A stretch of DNA of 64,000 nt from an uncultured virus (IMG/VR IMGVR_UViG_3300027996_000021) (IMGVR_UViG_3300027996_000021); one strand, 5' to 3'. Shown: positions 29,101 to 38,318, counted from the stretch's first letter. Translations and numbers: made by a program. The notes: generated by a model not told the origin, from the sequence alone.

Positions 29101-30549
29101 CTAACGGCTGTTCAGGGTGAAGACTTCACTGCAGATGATCCACTAGTTTATTATGATGATTCCAGTACTGTAGTTTCTCTTGCAAATACTACTGTTGTAA
29201 GTTCAACAGTTTCCAATGAATTATACAGTGGAAATGTAATTCAAGTTCTACATCCTAATCATGCCATGAAGGATATTAGAAATAGTGTTGAAATTTATGA
29301 TGTAGAACCAACAAGAACACCAACAACATTGACAGGTGCTATTAATGCAACAAATACAACAGTTTCCGTTGCAGATACGACTCCATTTGCAACTTTCCAG
29401 GGAATCACAACATCTGCTGGTTTTGCTCTAATTGGTAATGAAGTTGTTTACTACAACAGCATTGGTAGTGGTACTCTTGGAATTAGCACAAGAGCCGCTG
29501 AAGGTTCATCTTCATCCGCACACCAAGTTGGTGATCAAATTTATCCATATGAATTTAATGGAATTTCCCTAACTGAAATTAATAAGACTCATGAAATGCC
29601 CAATGGAGTTACTTTCCAGGCTAACAAAACTATTGACACATATTATCTGGAAATTAATCGTGGAACAAGAGCAACTGGTGAAAATCAACTCAACTTTGAA
29701 TCTGAATTAGTGGCTGGTGGAGATGAAGTTTGGGCTTCCAGCAATATTCAATATGATAGAGTTAATGCAAGATTTGATATTGTTCTACCAAAAACAACTT
29801 CCATTGAAACTCGTATTAGAACCGTAACAGGAACTAGTGCTGGTGGAGTTGAAGCTTCATTTGTTGATAATGGATTTGCTGCTGCTGCAGCAAATGCAAC
29901 ACTTTTATTTACAGAACCAATGATGGTTGCATCCAAAGTGAATGAAGATGCACAACTTAATAGTTTGCCAAGAAATAAATCACTTGCGATTGAAGTTGAT
30001 TTTAATACTACTGATGGTAGATATTCACCATTCATCTATCTTGATAACTGTGCCGTAGACTTTGATAGAAGTAGAATTGATGCCCCAATTACAGATTATG
30101 TTAATGATCCAAGAGTCAATAGCCTTAATGATGATCCACATGCAGCAATCTATGTTTCTGATAGAATCGATATCAAAAATCCAGGAACTTCACTAAAAGT
30201 TCTGACAAGTGCATATGTTGATCTAACAAATGAGATGAGAGTTCTTTACAGGACATATCCTGTTGATAGTGCAAATACTGATCAGTCATTTGTATTATTC
30301 CCAGGTTATGACAACCTCAGAGATACTGATGGTAATGGATTTGGAGATCTTGTTATTGATTCAGCGAAAAATTCTGGACTTGAAGATCAGAAAGTTGTGA
30401 CTACTGGGGGCAGTGAACTCAGGGAGTATCAATATAGTGTTGATAACTTACCACCATTTACTGGATATCAAATTAAGATTGTATTCGCTGGCACAAGTGA
30501 AGCGTTTACTCCTAGACTAAATGATATCAGAGCCGTAGTACTTGCATAA
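23179..30549 (+). CDS. large virion structural protein, VrlC/DUF4815-like (2456 aa)
   Basis: N-terminal PYFDDY...LFKPGFPVQAREL, APGADR, KRYTMRDIG, GFFADDF, DPLAQSF and GSLFKSQN motifs. Confidence 0.85.
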   Translation: MAQKTNLNVSPYFDDYDPTDNFYKVLFKPGFPVQARELNNLQSILQNQIESFGDHIFKDGSVVIPGGVSYDREYFSVKINSDFLGIPVSVYINEFIGTVIKGQTTQVTARVVNVLSAEDSDDGELTLYVKYLNSNDDGEDVSFLESELLLAEQNITYGNTTITEGSSFAQVISDNATAIGSAISIADGVYFVRGYFVDVYAQTIILDQYTNEPSYRVGLDIIERTVNANENESLFDNARGFNNYSAPGADRFQFDLKLVKKDINNIDDRSFVEILRIEEGITAKSEQKTQYNVIKDYFAKRTYEESGDYSVIPFDLTLDECLNDEIGNGGVYEESQTTREGNVPSDDLLCLVVGPGKAYVNGYDIDVVGSRIIDVDKPRDTKPVENALVPLDLGNILKVNNVFGTPVIGLNRDSTYVVELYDQRTSSNTAGTGEKVGEARVYSFSVTDASYADDSTEWDLRLFDIQTYTQLTLNEEYEYSKGTYFKGLSSGASGYASEAWSSGKYVKLHQTSGTFMEGEQISIDGVTENPRTIKDIILYSINDVKSVYQDASSLGLQSDFVADVSLKSRVAGGFKATDKITINSGGTVTSPGNKFTGIATNTIIRYQNTSDAYADEVFNRVSTVSPDGNSMTVIAVSDIAGVATGLLPTTDITVDFRVGETDFSIGDNGGSLFIRFDNDNVSTIDLSSANLPIYDQIDGLSTDALGNLTVNISSVGVSSALFENFDAERYSIHYSDGSIEDLTSDQFNINTDGTEVTFTGLTASETDVTVIATAKKIGLKSKIKQFTRSTKLTVDKSKNKVSGVSTNLSNGLDFNSFFGLRVEDEEISINYPDVVNIAAIYESNTSSAPVLDKLTFETGLALDINSILGEYIKGPNNQSVAKIVTRSSPTSVEIVYLNDERFIVGEEVTFQESGIIGTIQSIIFGDYVDRTNDYILDDGQRQDIYDYARLVRNPGIKIPAKQLLVIFDHYTILSTDEGDAFTVLSYDAERYKTDIPTIYNPNSTSAFNIVRASDTIDFRPRVSPFTGTTSSPFDYDSRDFSTTGSTTNLIPKAGESTLIGYEYYLPRMDRVILTADGRFRVVKGQSSEDPQTPTIVEESMTLATIQLPPYLYDIDDAQVTLIDNKRYTMRDIGEIESRVSNLEEVTSLSILENETKSLQIQDADGLSRFKSGFFADDFKNGDLFDQEFTTCVVDAGIKQLSVPTSRITLSPQIAPAASNLAKTFDYTTNYELLDNVLQKTGNVISLRYNESQYLAQEFATRIENVNPFNIIEYTGTIRLEPSTDTWVTNKAETKKVTKKKFKTLTNRSRQFRSRNVVGKPRTGRTTMTTSTSSDRKVTSSKSSAITNTSTDIDVKTTDDPFIRSRNVTFFADGLKPFTRYYSFLDGSKKLDVFPKYVEIKSVVGSFKVGETVEGFITTKSGKVKRRIIFRLCVPNHKTGDFKNPDLALDFSPYNKNQSLENTTTYNTSSKFLNIDLNALSLAAQGSFFGRIVTGMKLIGKTSGAQAVVKDSRLISDGLGSLYGSFFFRTPTIEEKIKFKTGSKTFKLTNVGNDTLPLPGEKKHSEAESIYSATGTIQRTTLTTTQIRTITTTRNVVTTVTQTNTFRFQKLPPPRIIRRTTVIDRTRTIRPQITNVRNVTNVTNNIIEAPRRDPLAQSFLTDKKGAFITSVDIFMATKDNKAPLTVELRTIDLGLPTGQLVSLEAQIVLDPSQVKTSDDASAATRITFSSPIPVLPETEYAIVLLAPTSDKYNAWIAKLGEKTVNTKELSGPDQLQYTKQYGAGSLFKSQNGSTWTPTQFEDLKFVVNRCEFIAQEGTATFYNPDIDYDSGIIPTLPSNPIKSLPRQLDVGITTVVTDDMKNLLNIGRKVGSGNTVTGYIGNVGGPITTLNVNIAGIGYSNGTYNGVSLFTINGNGSGATADVTVSDNVVSSVSLASTGTGYIVGESLGITTSEVFKGSDAQISVSEIYGFDKLYLTAVQGEDFTADDPLVYYDDSSTVVSLANTTVVSSTVSNELYSGNVIQVLHPNHAMKDIRNSVEIYDVEPTRTPTTLTGAINATNTTVSVADTTPFATFQGITTSAGFALIGNEVVYYNSIGSGTLGISTRAAEGSSSSAHQVGDQIYPYEFNGISLTEINKTHEMPNGVTFQANKTIDTYYLEINRGTRATGENQLNFESELVAGGDEVWASSNIQYDRVNARFDIVLPKTTSIETRIRTVTGTSAGGVEASFVDNGFAAAAANATLLFTEPMMVASKVNEDAQLNSLPRNKSLAIEVDFNTTDGRYSPFIYLDNCAVDFDRSRIDAPITDYVNDPRVNSLNDDPHAAIYVSDRIDIKNPGTSLKVLTSAYVDLTNEMRVLYRTYPVDSANTDQSFVLFPGYDNLRDTDGNGFGDLVIDSAKNSGLEDQKVVTTGGSELREYQYSVDNLPPFTGYQIKIVFAGTSEAFTPRLNDIRAVVLA

Positions 30550-30550
30550 A

Positions 30551-30757
30551 ATGAAGTTAAGAAAAGTTGAGGAAGATTCTGATTTTTCTAGAGATATGAA
30601 TACGGGTGCTATTGTCAATACAAATGACGTGGCATACCAAAATTATATAAAATCCAAAAAACTTAGAAATAGCAAGAGACAAGAAATAGAAGATCTTAAG
30701 GGTGAAATATCTGAAATCAAAGATCTTCTAAAGACTCTTATTGATAATAATAAATAA
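30551..30757 (+). CDS. hypothetical coiled-coil protein
   Basis: RDMNTGAIVN...EIKDLLKTL; usual position after the VrlC-like gene; start uncertain (30542 or 30551). Confidence 0.75.
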   Translation: MKLRKVEEDSDFSRDMNTGAIVNTNDVAYQNYIKSKKLRNSKRQEIEDLKGEISEIKDLLKTLIDNNK

Positions 30758-30780
30758 TAATATATCCGACAGTGTGAAAA

Positions 30781-31116
30781 ATGGCAGTATATGTCCACAA
30801 TATTACAATTGATCAAGGTGCAGATTTTTCTGTTAATTTCAATGTAGAAGGAACTCAGTCAAATGCGGCTAAAGATCTAAGTGGATATTCTGTCTCAGCC
30901 CAATTAAAGAAGACATATACTAGTTCAACTTCAACTTCATTTGCATCTACAATATCATCACCAAGTGATGGCACGATTTCCATCTCCATGGGATCTTCAG
31001 TCACTTCTAATTTGAAATATGGAAGATATGTTTATGATGTAAAAATCACAGATCCATCAGAAACTGTCAGAGTAGTTGAAGGAACAGCAATAGTCAGAGC
31101 AGGAGTTACAACATGA
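30781..31116 (+). CDS. virion structural protein (BppU N-terminal-like)
   Basis: IDQGADF...GRYVYDV...RVVEG; ATAAATA late promoter at 30750-30756. Confidence 0.75.
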   Translation: MAVYVHNITIDQGADFSVNFNVEGTQSNAAKDLSGYSVSAQLKKTYTSSTSTSFASTISSPSDGTISISMGSSVTSNLKYGRYVYDVKITDPSETVRVVEGTAIVRAGVTT

Positions 31117-31313
31117 CTTATACTGTAAGAATTGGACAATCAAACGCAACTAAAGTCTTAAGGTCAGATGTGAATGCAAATCTAAAAGACTTAAGGGATG
31201 TTGATACCAGTTCAGTTGTTGATGGTTCAATTCTTGCTTATGACAGTTCTTCCACAAAATGGACTGCAACAACTACTTTAGATAATGTTATCATCGATGG
31301 AGGAAGTTTCTGA
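31113..31313 (+). CDS. small structural protein
   Basis: LKDLRDVD...GSILAYD...KW...IDGGSF, a fibre-type motif. Confidence 0.7.
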   Translation: MTYTVRIGQSNATKVLRSDVNANLKDLRDVDTSSVVDGSILAYDSSSTKWTATTTLDNVIIDGGSF

Positions 31314-32152
31314 TGGCAAGTCCAGCAACAAGACAAGAACTCATAGATTATTCTCTAAGAAGACTTGGAGCTCCAGTTTTAGAGATAAATGTTGATGATG
31401 ATCAGATTGATGATCTAGTCGATGATGCTATTCAATATTTTCAGGAACGTCATTATGATGGTTCTGAGAGAATGTATCTAAAATATAAAATCACTCAAGA
31501 TGACATTGATCGTGGAAGAGGCCCCAATGCATCTGGAGTAAGTGGGATTACAACCACAACTGTAACAGAGTCTGTAGGAATTACAAGCGAATTTAAATAT
31601 GAGGAGAATAATAATTATATAAAGGTTCCCGATCAAGTTTTGGGTATCAATAAGATCTTTAAATTTGACACAAATTCCATCTCTGGTGGAATGTTTAGTA
31701 TCAAGTATCAGTTATTTTTAAACGATCTGTATTCTTTTAGTAGTGTTGATCTTCTCCAATACGCTATGACCAAGAGTTATCTAGAAGATATTGATTTTCT
31801 ATTAACTACAGATAAACAAATTAGATATAGTAAGAGACAAGGAAGATTATATCTCGATATTGATTGGACAGCTCAGAGTGTTGGAGACTATATTGTTATT
31901 GATTGTGAAAGAGCTCTAAATCCATCAGACTTTCCAAAAATATATAATGATAGTTGGTTAAAAAGATATCTTACTGCAATGCTTAAGAAGCAGTGGGGTA
32001 TGAACATGATCAAATTCAGTGGAACCAAACTTCCTGGTGGAGTAGAACTGAATGGAAGACAATATTATGATGATGCTGTATCTGAACTGAGAGAAATTGA
32101 AGATAAGATGCAGTCAACATATGAATTACCACCCCTCGATATGATCGGATAA
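31313..32152 (+). CDS. gp13: neck protein gp13
   Basis: LRRLGAPVLEINV, KKQWGMN and LPGGVELNG motifs. Confidence 0.93.
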   Translation: MASPATRQELIDYSLRRLGAPVLEINVDDDQIDDLVDDAIQYFQERHYDGSERMYLKYKITQDDIDRGRGPNASGVSGITTTTVTESVGITSEFKYEENNNYIKVPDQVLGINKIFKFDTNSISGGMFSIKYQLFLNDLYSFSSVDLLQYAMTKSYLEDIDFLLTTDKQIRYSKRQGRLYLDIDWTAQSVGDYIVIDCERALNPSDFPKIYNDSWLKRYLTAMLKKQWGMNMIKFSGTKLPGGVELNGRQYYDDAVSELREIEDKMQSTYELPPLDMIG

Positions 32153-33531
32153 TGGCACTCAATCCCTTTTTCCTACAAGGATCTGCTAACGAACAGTTTT
32201 TGGTGCAGGATCTTGTTAATGAACAACTTAAAATGTATGGGTTGGATGTTTATTACATACCAAGAAAAATTTTAGGCACTGAAACATTATCAAGAGAAGT
32301 TACTTTATCAAAACTTGATGATAATTTTATCATTGAAGCCTACCTCAATAATTATGAGGGATATGGAGCAAATAGTGAAATTCTTTCAAAATTTGGTGTT
32401 CAACTAAAAAGTGAAATCTCTCTTACAATTTCTGAGGAAAGATTTCAACTTTTTATTGAACCATTTTTAAAAGATTTACAAAAAGCAGATCCAACTGAAA
32501 TTATAGTTACAGATAGACCTAGAGAGGGTGATGTAATATATTTCCCACTTGGAGAAAGATTATATGAAATTAAAAATGTAGAGCACGAAAAACCATTCTT
32601 CCAGTTGGGTAAAAACTACATTTATGAATTATCATGCGAACTCTTAGAACTCGAAGATGAGATCATTGAAACATCTGTTGATGAAATTGATTCTGCTGTT
32701 GAGAATTATGGATATATTACAACTCTAACATTTGTTTCATCTGGCATTAATGCGACAGCTACGGCAACAATTGCAAATGAAGGATCTGTAAGACAGATTA
32801 CTCTTACAAATGATGGTTATGATTATACATCAGCACCAACAGTTTCAATTTCTACAGCACCAGTTGGTGGAACCAATGCTACTGCAGTTGCAATAAAAAC
32901 GGATAGTTCTGTATATGAGGTTCTAATCACAAACGCTGGTGCTGGATACACAGAAACCCCAACAGTAACGTTCTCTGGTGCTGGAGGGGCAGGAGCAGCG
33001 GCAACAGCAACTCTAGGAGATGGGTCTGTACAATACATTAGTATTGCAAATACTGGAGCGAATTACGTTGTAACTCCAACAATAACTTTAACTGGCCCAT
33101 CAACAATATCTGCAGGATCATCTGCAACGGCTCAGGCAGTTATAGGTGCTGGTGGTAGCGTTACTGATATTAGACTTTCAAATGCTGGTTTTGGATATAC
33201 ATCAGCACCTGTTGTTGCCATTTCTTCGGCACCATCCGCTGGAATTGGCACTTTCCAAGTCAATGAAATTGTTACTGGAAGTCTTTCTGGAACTACTGCA
33301 AGAGTCAAGAAGTATGATCAGGACGACAATACTCTGAATGTCTACATAAATAGTGGTAACTTTACCGCTGGCGAAACAATTACTGGATCCGATTCTGGAG
33401 CATCTTACACTCTACTATCTTATAATTCCGATCCAGGGATTGAAATTGAATATTCTCAGAATGAAGAGATTGAAGAATTAGCGGATGATATATTAGACTT
33501 TACAGAATCGAATCCATTTGGTACATACTGA
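32152..33531 (+). CDS. gp14: neck protein gp14 with inserted beta repeats
   Basis: RPREGDVIYFPL, PFFQLGK and C-terminal ILDFTESNPFG. Confidence 0.92.
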   Translation: MALNPFFLQGSANEQFLVQDLVNEQLKMYGLDVYYIPRKILGTETLSREVTLSKLDDNFIIEAYLNNYEGYGANSEILSKFGVQLKSEISLTISEERFQLFIEPFLKDLQKADPTEIIVTDRPREGDVIYFPLGERLYEIKNVEHEKPFFQLGKNYIYELSCELLELEDEIIETSVDEIDSAVENYGYITTLTFVSSGINATATATIANEGSVRQITLTNDGYDYTSAPTVSISTAPVGGTNATAVAIKTDSSVYEVLITNAGAGYTETPTVTFSGAGGAGAAATATLGDGSVQYISIANTGANYVVTPTITLTGPSTISAGSSATAQAVIGAGGSVTDIRLSNAGFGYTSAPVVAISSAPSAGIGTFQVNEIVTGSLSGTTARVKKYDQDDNTLNVYINSGNFTAGETITGSDSGASYTLLSYNSDPGIEIEYSQNEEIEELADDILDFTESNPFGTY

Positions 33532-34328
33532 TGTTAGGAACTTATTACTATCACGAAATACTGAGGAAGACAATCATTGCGTTTGGTAGTGTCTTCAATG
33601 ATATTCATATAAGACATACTAGCACTGATTCTGATACAGTTAGTGATATTACAGTTCCTTTAGCATATGCACCACAACAAAAGTTCTTAGCTAGACTAGA
33701 GCAGCAGGCAAGACTAGATAAACCAGTTGCAATAACTTTACCAAGAATGTCATTTGAAATGACAGGTATTAGTTATGACCCATCAAGAAAATCAAATATT
33801 ACAAAAACATTTAAAGCCGTTGATGGTGAGAACTTAAAGAAAGTTTTTTTCCCAGTTCCATATAATGTGGAATTTCAACTATCAATTTATGCAAAACTCA
33901 ATGAAGATGCTCTACAAATTATAGAGCAAATTTTACCATATTTCCAACCAACATTCAAGGTAACTGTAGATCTTATTAGTTCAATTGGCGAAAAGAGAGA
34001 TATTCCAATTGGTCTAAACAATATTTCGATGCAGGATGAATATGAGGGGAATTTTGAGTCAAGAAGAGCAATTATCTATACTTTAAGTTTCACAGCAAAT
34101 ACATATCTATTTGGCCCAATCGCAGAGACAACAGACGGTCTCATCCGTAAGGTACAAGTTGATTACTATAATAGCGTTGACACACAAAATGCCAAGAGAG
34201 AGGTTAGATATACTGCAGTACCAGATCCAATAGATGCTGAGCCTGGGGATGACTTTGGATTTAGTGAAACTTTAGAAGTCTTCAATGATAGTAAGAAGTA
34301 TAGTCCAACTCAGGACAAAGACATCTAG
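33531..34328 (+). CDS. gp15: tail sheath stabilizer/terminator gp15
   Basis: YYYHEILRKTIIAFG, LPRMSFE and QIIEQILPYFQP. Confidence 0.93.
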   Translation: MLGTYYYHEILRKTIIAFGSVFNDIHIRHTSTDSDTVSDITVPLAYAPQQKFLARLEQQARLDKPVAITLPRMSFEMTGISYDPSRKSNITKTFKAVDGENLKKVFFPVPYNVEFQLSIYAKLNEDALQIIEQILPYFQPTFKVTVDLISSIGEKRDIPIGLNNISMQDEYEGNFESRRAIIYTLSFTANTYLFGPIAETTDGLIRKVQVDYYNSVDTQNAKREVRYTAVPDPIDAEPGDDFGFSETLEVFNDSKKYSPTQDKDI

Positions 34329-34339
34329 TATGAACTCCC

Positions 34340-34753
34340 ATGAAAAAAACATTTGACAAAATTAGTGAATCACTCAACACAGAAACCGACATTGTTGATG
34401 TTACTCCCAAGGAATCTGAAATTATTCCAGTTGTTTCTGATGAAAGAATTGAACAGTCTAAAAAAGACTATGAATATACAAGAGGAAATCTTTATTCTTT
34501 AATTGAAAAAGGTCAAGAAAGTTTAAACGGAATTATGGAATTAGCTCAGGAGTCAGATTCTCCTAGAGCATATGAAGTTGCTGGACAGATTATAAAAAGT
34601 GTTGCAGATACAACTGATAAACTTATAGATTTGCAGAAAAAAATGAAGGAACTAAATAAAGATGAGGACTCTGGTCCAAAATCTATTACAAATAATTCAT
34701 TATTTGTAGGGTCTACTGCAGAACTAGCTAAATTTCTTAAAAACCAACAATGA
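34340..34753 (+). CDS. gp16: terminase small subunit gp16
   Basis: DYEYTRGNL, SPRAYEVAGQ and NNSLFVGST. Confidence 0.9.
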   Translation: MKKTFDKISESLNTETDIVDVTPKESEIIPVVSDERIEQSKKDYEYTRGNLYSLIEKGQESLNGIMELAQESDSPRAYEVAGQIIKSVADTTDKLIDLQKKMKELNKDEDSGPKSITNNSLFVGSTAELAKFLKNQQ

Positions 34754-36348
34754 CGGAATCTAAGAAATGTAAAATTGGTTATTACTACTGTTTTACAGAC
34801 AAAAAATGTAAGAAGATTCCTATGGGATACCATATTGGTTCTCGTGGATATCTTGCAAAAGATGAAGAAGGTGATGATTCCGAGAATAAAAAGAATGGTA
34901 ATGGTGGAAATGGTAACGGTGGCGGTGGAATATCTGAAGAAGGGCTACGTGATTGGTTTGGTAAATCTAAATCAAAAGGTGGTAAAAGAGGATGGGTTAA
35001 TGTTGTAACAGGAGGAACCTGTGCAAGTGATAAACCTGGAGAAGGTATACCCAAATGTGTTTCTTCTTCTAAAAGGGCAAGTATGTCAAAAAAAGAAAGA
35101 GTTGCTGCTAAGGCAGCAAAGAGAAGAGAAGATCCTGGTCAACAGAAAAAAACTGGAGCAGCTGCACCTACCATGGTAAAAACTGACAGAAAAATCAGAA
35201 ACGAAGAAGCAGTTTCTAAAAAACAGCAAAGATTTTTTGGAATGGTGAGAGCAACTCAAAAAGGTGAAATGGAAAATCCATCACCTGAGGTTGCTAAAGC
35301 TGCATCCAGTATGAAGTTAAAAGATGTAAAGGATTTTGCAAAAACAAAGCACAAAGATTTACCAGAAAAGAAGAAAGAATCAATGAAAGAAGCAAAGGAT
35401 ACACCAGGAAAAGGTAGTGGTAAGAAAGACGCTTGCTACCATAAAGTCAAGTCTCGTTATTCTGTATGGCCCTCTGCTTATGCTTCTGGTGCTTTGGTAA
35501 AGTGTCGTAAGGCTGGTGCTGCTAACTGGGGCAATAGCACAAAAGAAGAAACAGAGATTGGTGAAGCATGTTGGAAAGGTTATGAGAAGAAAGGCATGAA
35601 GACTATGTTTGGAAAGAGATATCCAAACTGTGTTAAGAAAACTAAGAAAGAAGAAGTAAATCTCAGTGACAATCTCAATCTACATGTAGAGGGTATGGGA
35701 AATGTTCGTTATTGCCCTCAATGTGAGAAGAATGAAACTAGAGAAGAATGTTCATATGGACCAAAAAATTGGGATATGAATTCAAGTCCTGTTGCGCTTG
35801 GATCAAAAAATACATTTAATATTGCTTCTGTTACTCCATCAAATGAAGAGTATGTTGAAGAAAAATATGAAAGAATTCAAAAAATGGGAAGAACTTATAC
35901 AATGTTCTTTACCTTTAGAGGCCAATACAAGTCACTTCAATTTTTCTTTCCAACATCAAAACGACCTTCTAGAGAAGATGTATTAATTCAACTCAGAAAA
36001 ATTTTTCCTGAAGCTGTATTGGTAAATTTCTTTGAAAGAGATCGTATTGAAAATGAGCCGCTTGTAACTGTAGAAGGTGTTAAAAGTTTTGGACAATTTA
36101 TGCCAGAAGGTGCATCATGGACTAAGAAGTCTGGTCAGAACAGTGAGGGTGGACTCAATGAGAAGGGACGCAAGTCTTACGAAAAAGAGAATCCTGGTTC
36201 TGATCTAAAAGCACCTTCTAAGAAAGTTGGTAACAAGAGAAGGGCATCATTCTGTGCAAGGATGAAAGGAATGCGTAAGAGACAAAAACCTTCTAACAAC
36301 ACAGGCGATGATCGTCTATCAAAATCACTAAGAGCTTGGAATTGCTGA
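34750..36348 (+). CDS. modular Lys-rich protein (532 aa), candidate internal head polyprotein
   Basis: A string of short basic, often Cys-containing modules separated by x-x-E sites. Confidence 0.75.
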   Translation: MTESKKCKIGYYYCFTDKKCKKIPMGYHIGSRGYLAKDEEGDDSENKKNGNGGNGNGGGGISEEGLRDWFGKSKSKGGKRGWVNVVTGGTCASDKPGEGIPKCVSSSKRASMSKKERVAAKAAKRREDPGQQKKTGAAAPTMVKTDRKIRNEEAVSKKQQRFFGMVRATQKGEMENPSPEVAKAASSMKLKDVKDFAKTKHKDLPEKKKESMKEAKDTPGKGSGKKDACYHKVKSRYSVWPSAYASGALVKCRKAGAANWGNSTKEETEIGEACWKGYEKKGMKTMFGKRYPNCVKKTKKEEVNLSDNLNLHVEGMGNVRYCPQCEKNETREECSYGPKNWDMNSSPVALGSKNTFNIASVTPSNEEYVEEKYERIQKMGRTYTMFFTFRGQYKSLQFFFPTSKRPSREDVLIQLRKIFPEAVLVNFFERDRIENEPLVTVEGVKSFGQFMPEGASWTKKSGQNSEGGLNEKGRKSYEKENPGSDLKAPSKKVGNKRRASFCARMKGMRKRQKPSNNTGDDRLSKSLRAWNC

Positions 36349-36361
36349 AACAATAATTATT

Positions 36362-38008
36362 ATGAGTGAAAGCATTTATCTTGGTAATCCCAATCTAAAA
36401 AAAGCAAATACAAAGATTCAATTTTCTGAAGATGATATTCGGGAATTCTTGAAGTGTAAAAAAGATCCTGTATATTTTGCTAGAAATTATATCAAAATTG
36501 TTTCTCTAGATGAGGGTCTTGTACCATTTAAGATGTACAAGTTTCAAGAGAGACTTGTAAAAAACTTTCATAAGAATAGATTCAACATCTGTAAGATGCC
36601 ACGTCAGACTGGTAAGTCTACAACATGTGTGTCTTATCTACTTCATTATGCAGTCTTTAATGACAATGTTAATATTGCTATCTTGGCAAACAAAGCAGCT
36701 ACTGCAAAGGATCTTCTTGGAAGATTGCAACTTGCATATGAAAATTTACCAAAGTGGATGCAACAGGGTATTGTTTCTTGGAATAAACAATCATTAGAAT
36801 TGGAGAATGGATCTAAAATTATAGCCGCATCTACATCTGCATCTGCTGTTCGTGGTGGTTCTTATAATATCATCTTTCTTGACGAGTTTGCTTTCATCCC
36901 AAATCATATTGCTGACCAATTCTTTGCCTCTGTTTATCCTACTATCTCGTCTGGTAAAAACACCAAGGTAATTATTGTATCTACACCACATGGTATGAAT
37001 CATTTCTACCGAATGTGGCATGATGCCGAAAGAAATAAAAATGAATATATACCAACTGCAGTACACTGGTCTGAAGTTCCTGGAAGGAATACTAAGTGGA
37101 AATCTCAAACTATTGCAAACACATCAGAGCAACAGTTCAAAGTTGAGTTTGAATGTGAATTCTTAGGATCTGTTGATACTCTTATTGATGTAACTAAACT
37201 AAAGAATTTAGTATATGATGATCCAATAAAAAGAAATAAAGGGTTAGATATTTACCAAGATCCTTTAAAGGATCATAATTACATGATGACAGTTGACGTT
37301 GCTAGAGGAGTAGAACGTGACTATTCAGCTTTCATCGTATATGATATAACACAATTTCCATATAGGATAGTTGCAAAATATAGAAATAATGAAATAAAAC
37401 CGATGGTATTTCCAAGTATCATCAAACAAGTTGCAGACGGATATAATCAATCTTTTGTTTTAGTCGAAGTCAATGATATTGGGGATCAAGTTGCATCTAT
37501 TCTTTATTTTGATCTTGAGTATGAAAATTTACTCATGTGTTCTATGAGAGGTAGAGCAGGTCAAGTTGTTGGATCTGGATTTTCTGGCAAAAAATCTCAA
37601 TTGGGTGTCAGAATGACATCAGCAGTAAAAAAATTGGGATGTTCTAATTTAAAAACTTTATTAGAAGATGATAAACTTATAACAAGTGATTATGATATTA
37701 TTTCTGAACTAACTACGTTTGTTCAAAAGAGGCAATCATTTGAAGCTGAAGAAGGATGTAATGATGATCTAGCGATGTGTTTAGTTATATTCTCATGGTT
37801 AGTTGCACAAGATTATTTCAAAGAAATGACTGATAATGATGTTCGTAAAAGAATTTATGAAGAGCAAAAAAATCAAATCGATCAAGATATGGCTCCGTTT
37901 GGTTTTCTCTCTGATGGTTTAGATATTGAAAGTGAAGTTGATAATGATGGAGATAGATGGTTTGCCGATGAATATGGTGATAGATCTTATATGTGGGATT
38001 ATAGATAA
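36362..38008 (+). CDS. gp17: terminase large subunit gp17
   Basis: PRQTGKST Walker A, IIFLDEFAF Walker B, nuclease DVARG...DDLAM. Confidence 0.96.
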   Translation: MSESIYLGNPNLKKANTKIQFSEDDIREFLKCKKDPVYFARNYIKIVSLDEGLVPFKMYKFQERLVKNFHKNRFNICKMPRQTGKSTTCVSYLLHYAVFNDNVNIAILANKAATAKDLLGRLQLAYENLPKWMQQGIVSWNKQSLELENGSKIIAASTSASAVRGGSYNIIFLDEFAFIPNHIADQFFASVYPTISSGKNTKVIIVSTPHGMNHFYRMWHDAERNKNEYIPTAVHWSEVPGRNTKWKSQTIANTSEQQFKVEFECEFLGSVDTLIDVTKLKNLVYDDPIKRNKGLDIYQDPLKDHNYMMTVDVARGVERDYSAFIVYDITQFPYRIVAKYRNNEIKPMVFPSIIKQVADGYNQSFVLVEVNDIGDQVASILYFDLEYENLLMCSMRGRAGQVVGSGFSGKKSQLGVRMTSAVKKLGCSNLKTLLEDDKLITSDYDIISELTTFVQKRQSFEAEEGCNDDLAMCLVIFSWLVAQDYFKEMTDNDVRKRIYEEQKNQIDQDMAPFGFLSDGLDIESEVDNDGDRWFADEYGDRSYMWDYR

Positions 38009-38232
38009 TGGACTTTAATGATCAATTATCCTTAGAGCATTTACTATTTAAAGAACGGAAGTGTAGAACCTGCAAAAAGACAAAGGACTTGATTGAAGGA
38101 TATTACTTGACCAGAAGAGACAGGGGAGAGTTTCCATCATCATATTCTTACGAATGTAAAGAATGCACTATTCGTAGAATTCTAAAATCAAGAAAATCTG
38201 ACATTGAAAGATGGGAATATCCTGACTGGTAG
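38008..38232 (+). CDS. small zinc-binding protein (CxxC...CxxC)
   Basis: RKCRTC...YECKEC. Confidence 0.75.
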   Translation: MDFNDQLSLEHLLFKERKCRTCKKTKDLIEGYYLTRRDRGEFPSSYSYECKECTIRRILKSRKSDIERWEYPDW

Positions 38233-38271
38233 TGTTCACGCACCGTTTCCCCAGTCAAAACACTCCAAACA

Positions 38272-38278
38272 ATAAATA
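38272..38278 (+). promoter_or_regulatory. late promoter ATAAATA
   Basis: Upstream of gp18. Confidence 0.7.
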
Positions 38279-38318
38279 AGTTTAGATTAATTTTGGACCT
38301 CATAGGGGAGAGTAAAAG

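Noticed and set aside
38223..38264. Possible pseudoknot over a stop codon (TGACTGG/CCAGTCA and AGTGTT/AACACT)
   Set aside because: The 1-nt third loop makes both stems forming together sterically doubtful, and short stems can arise by chance
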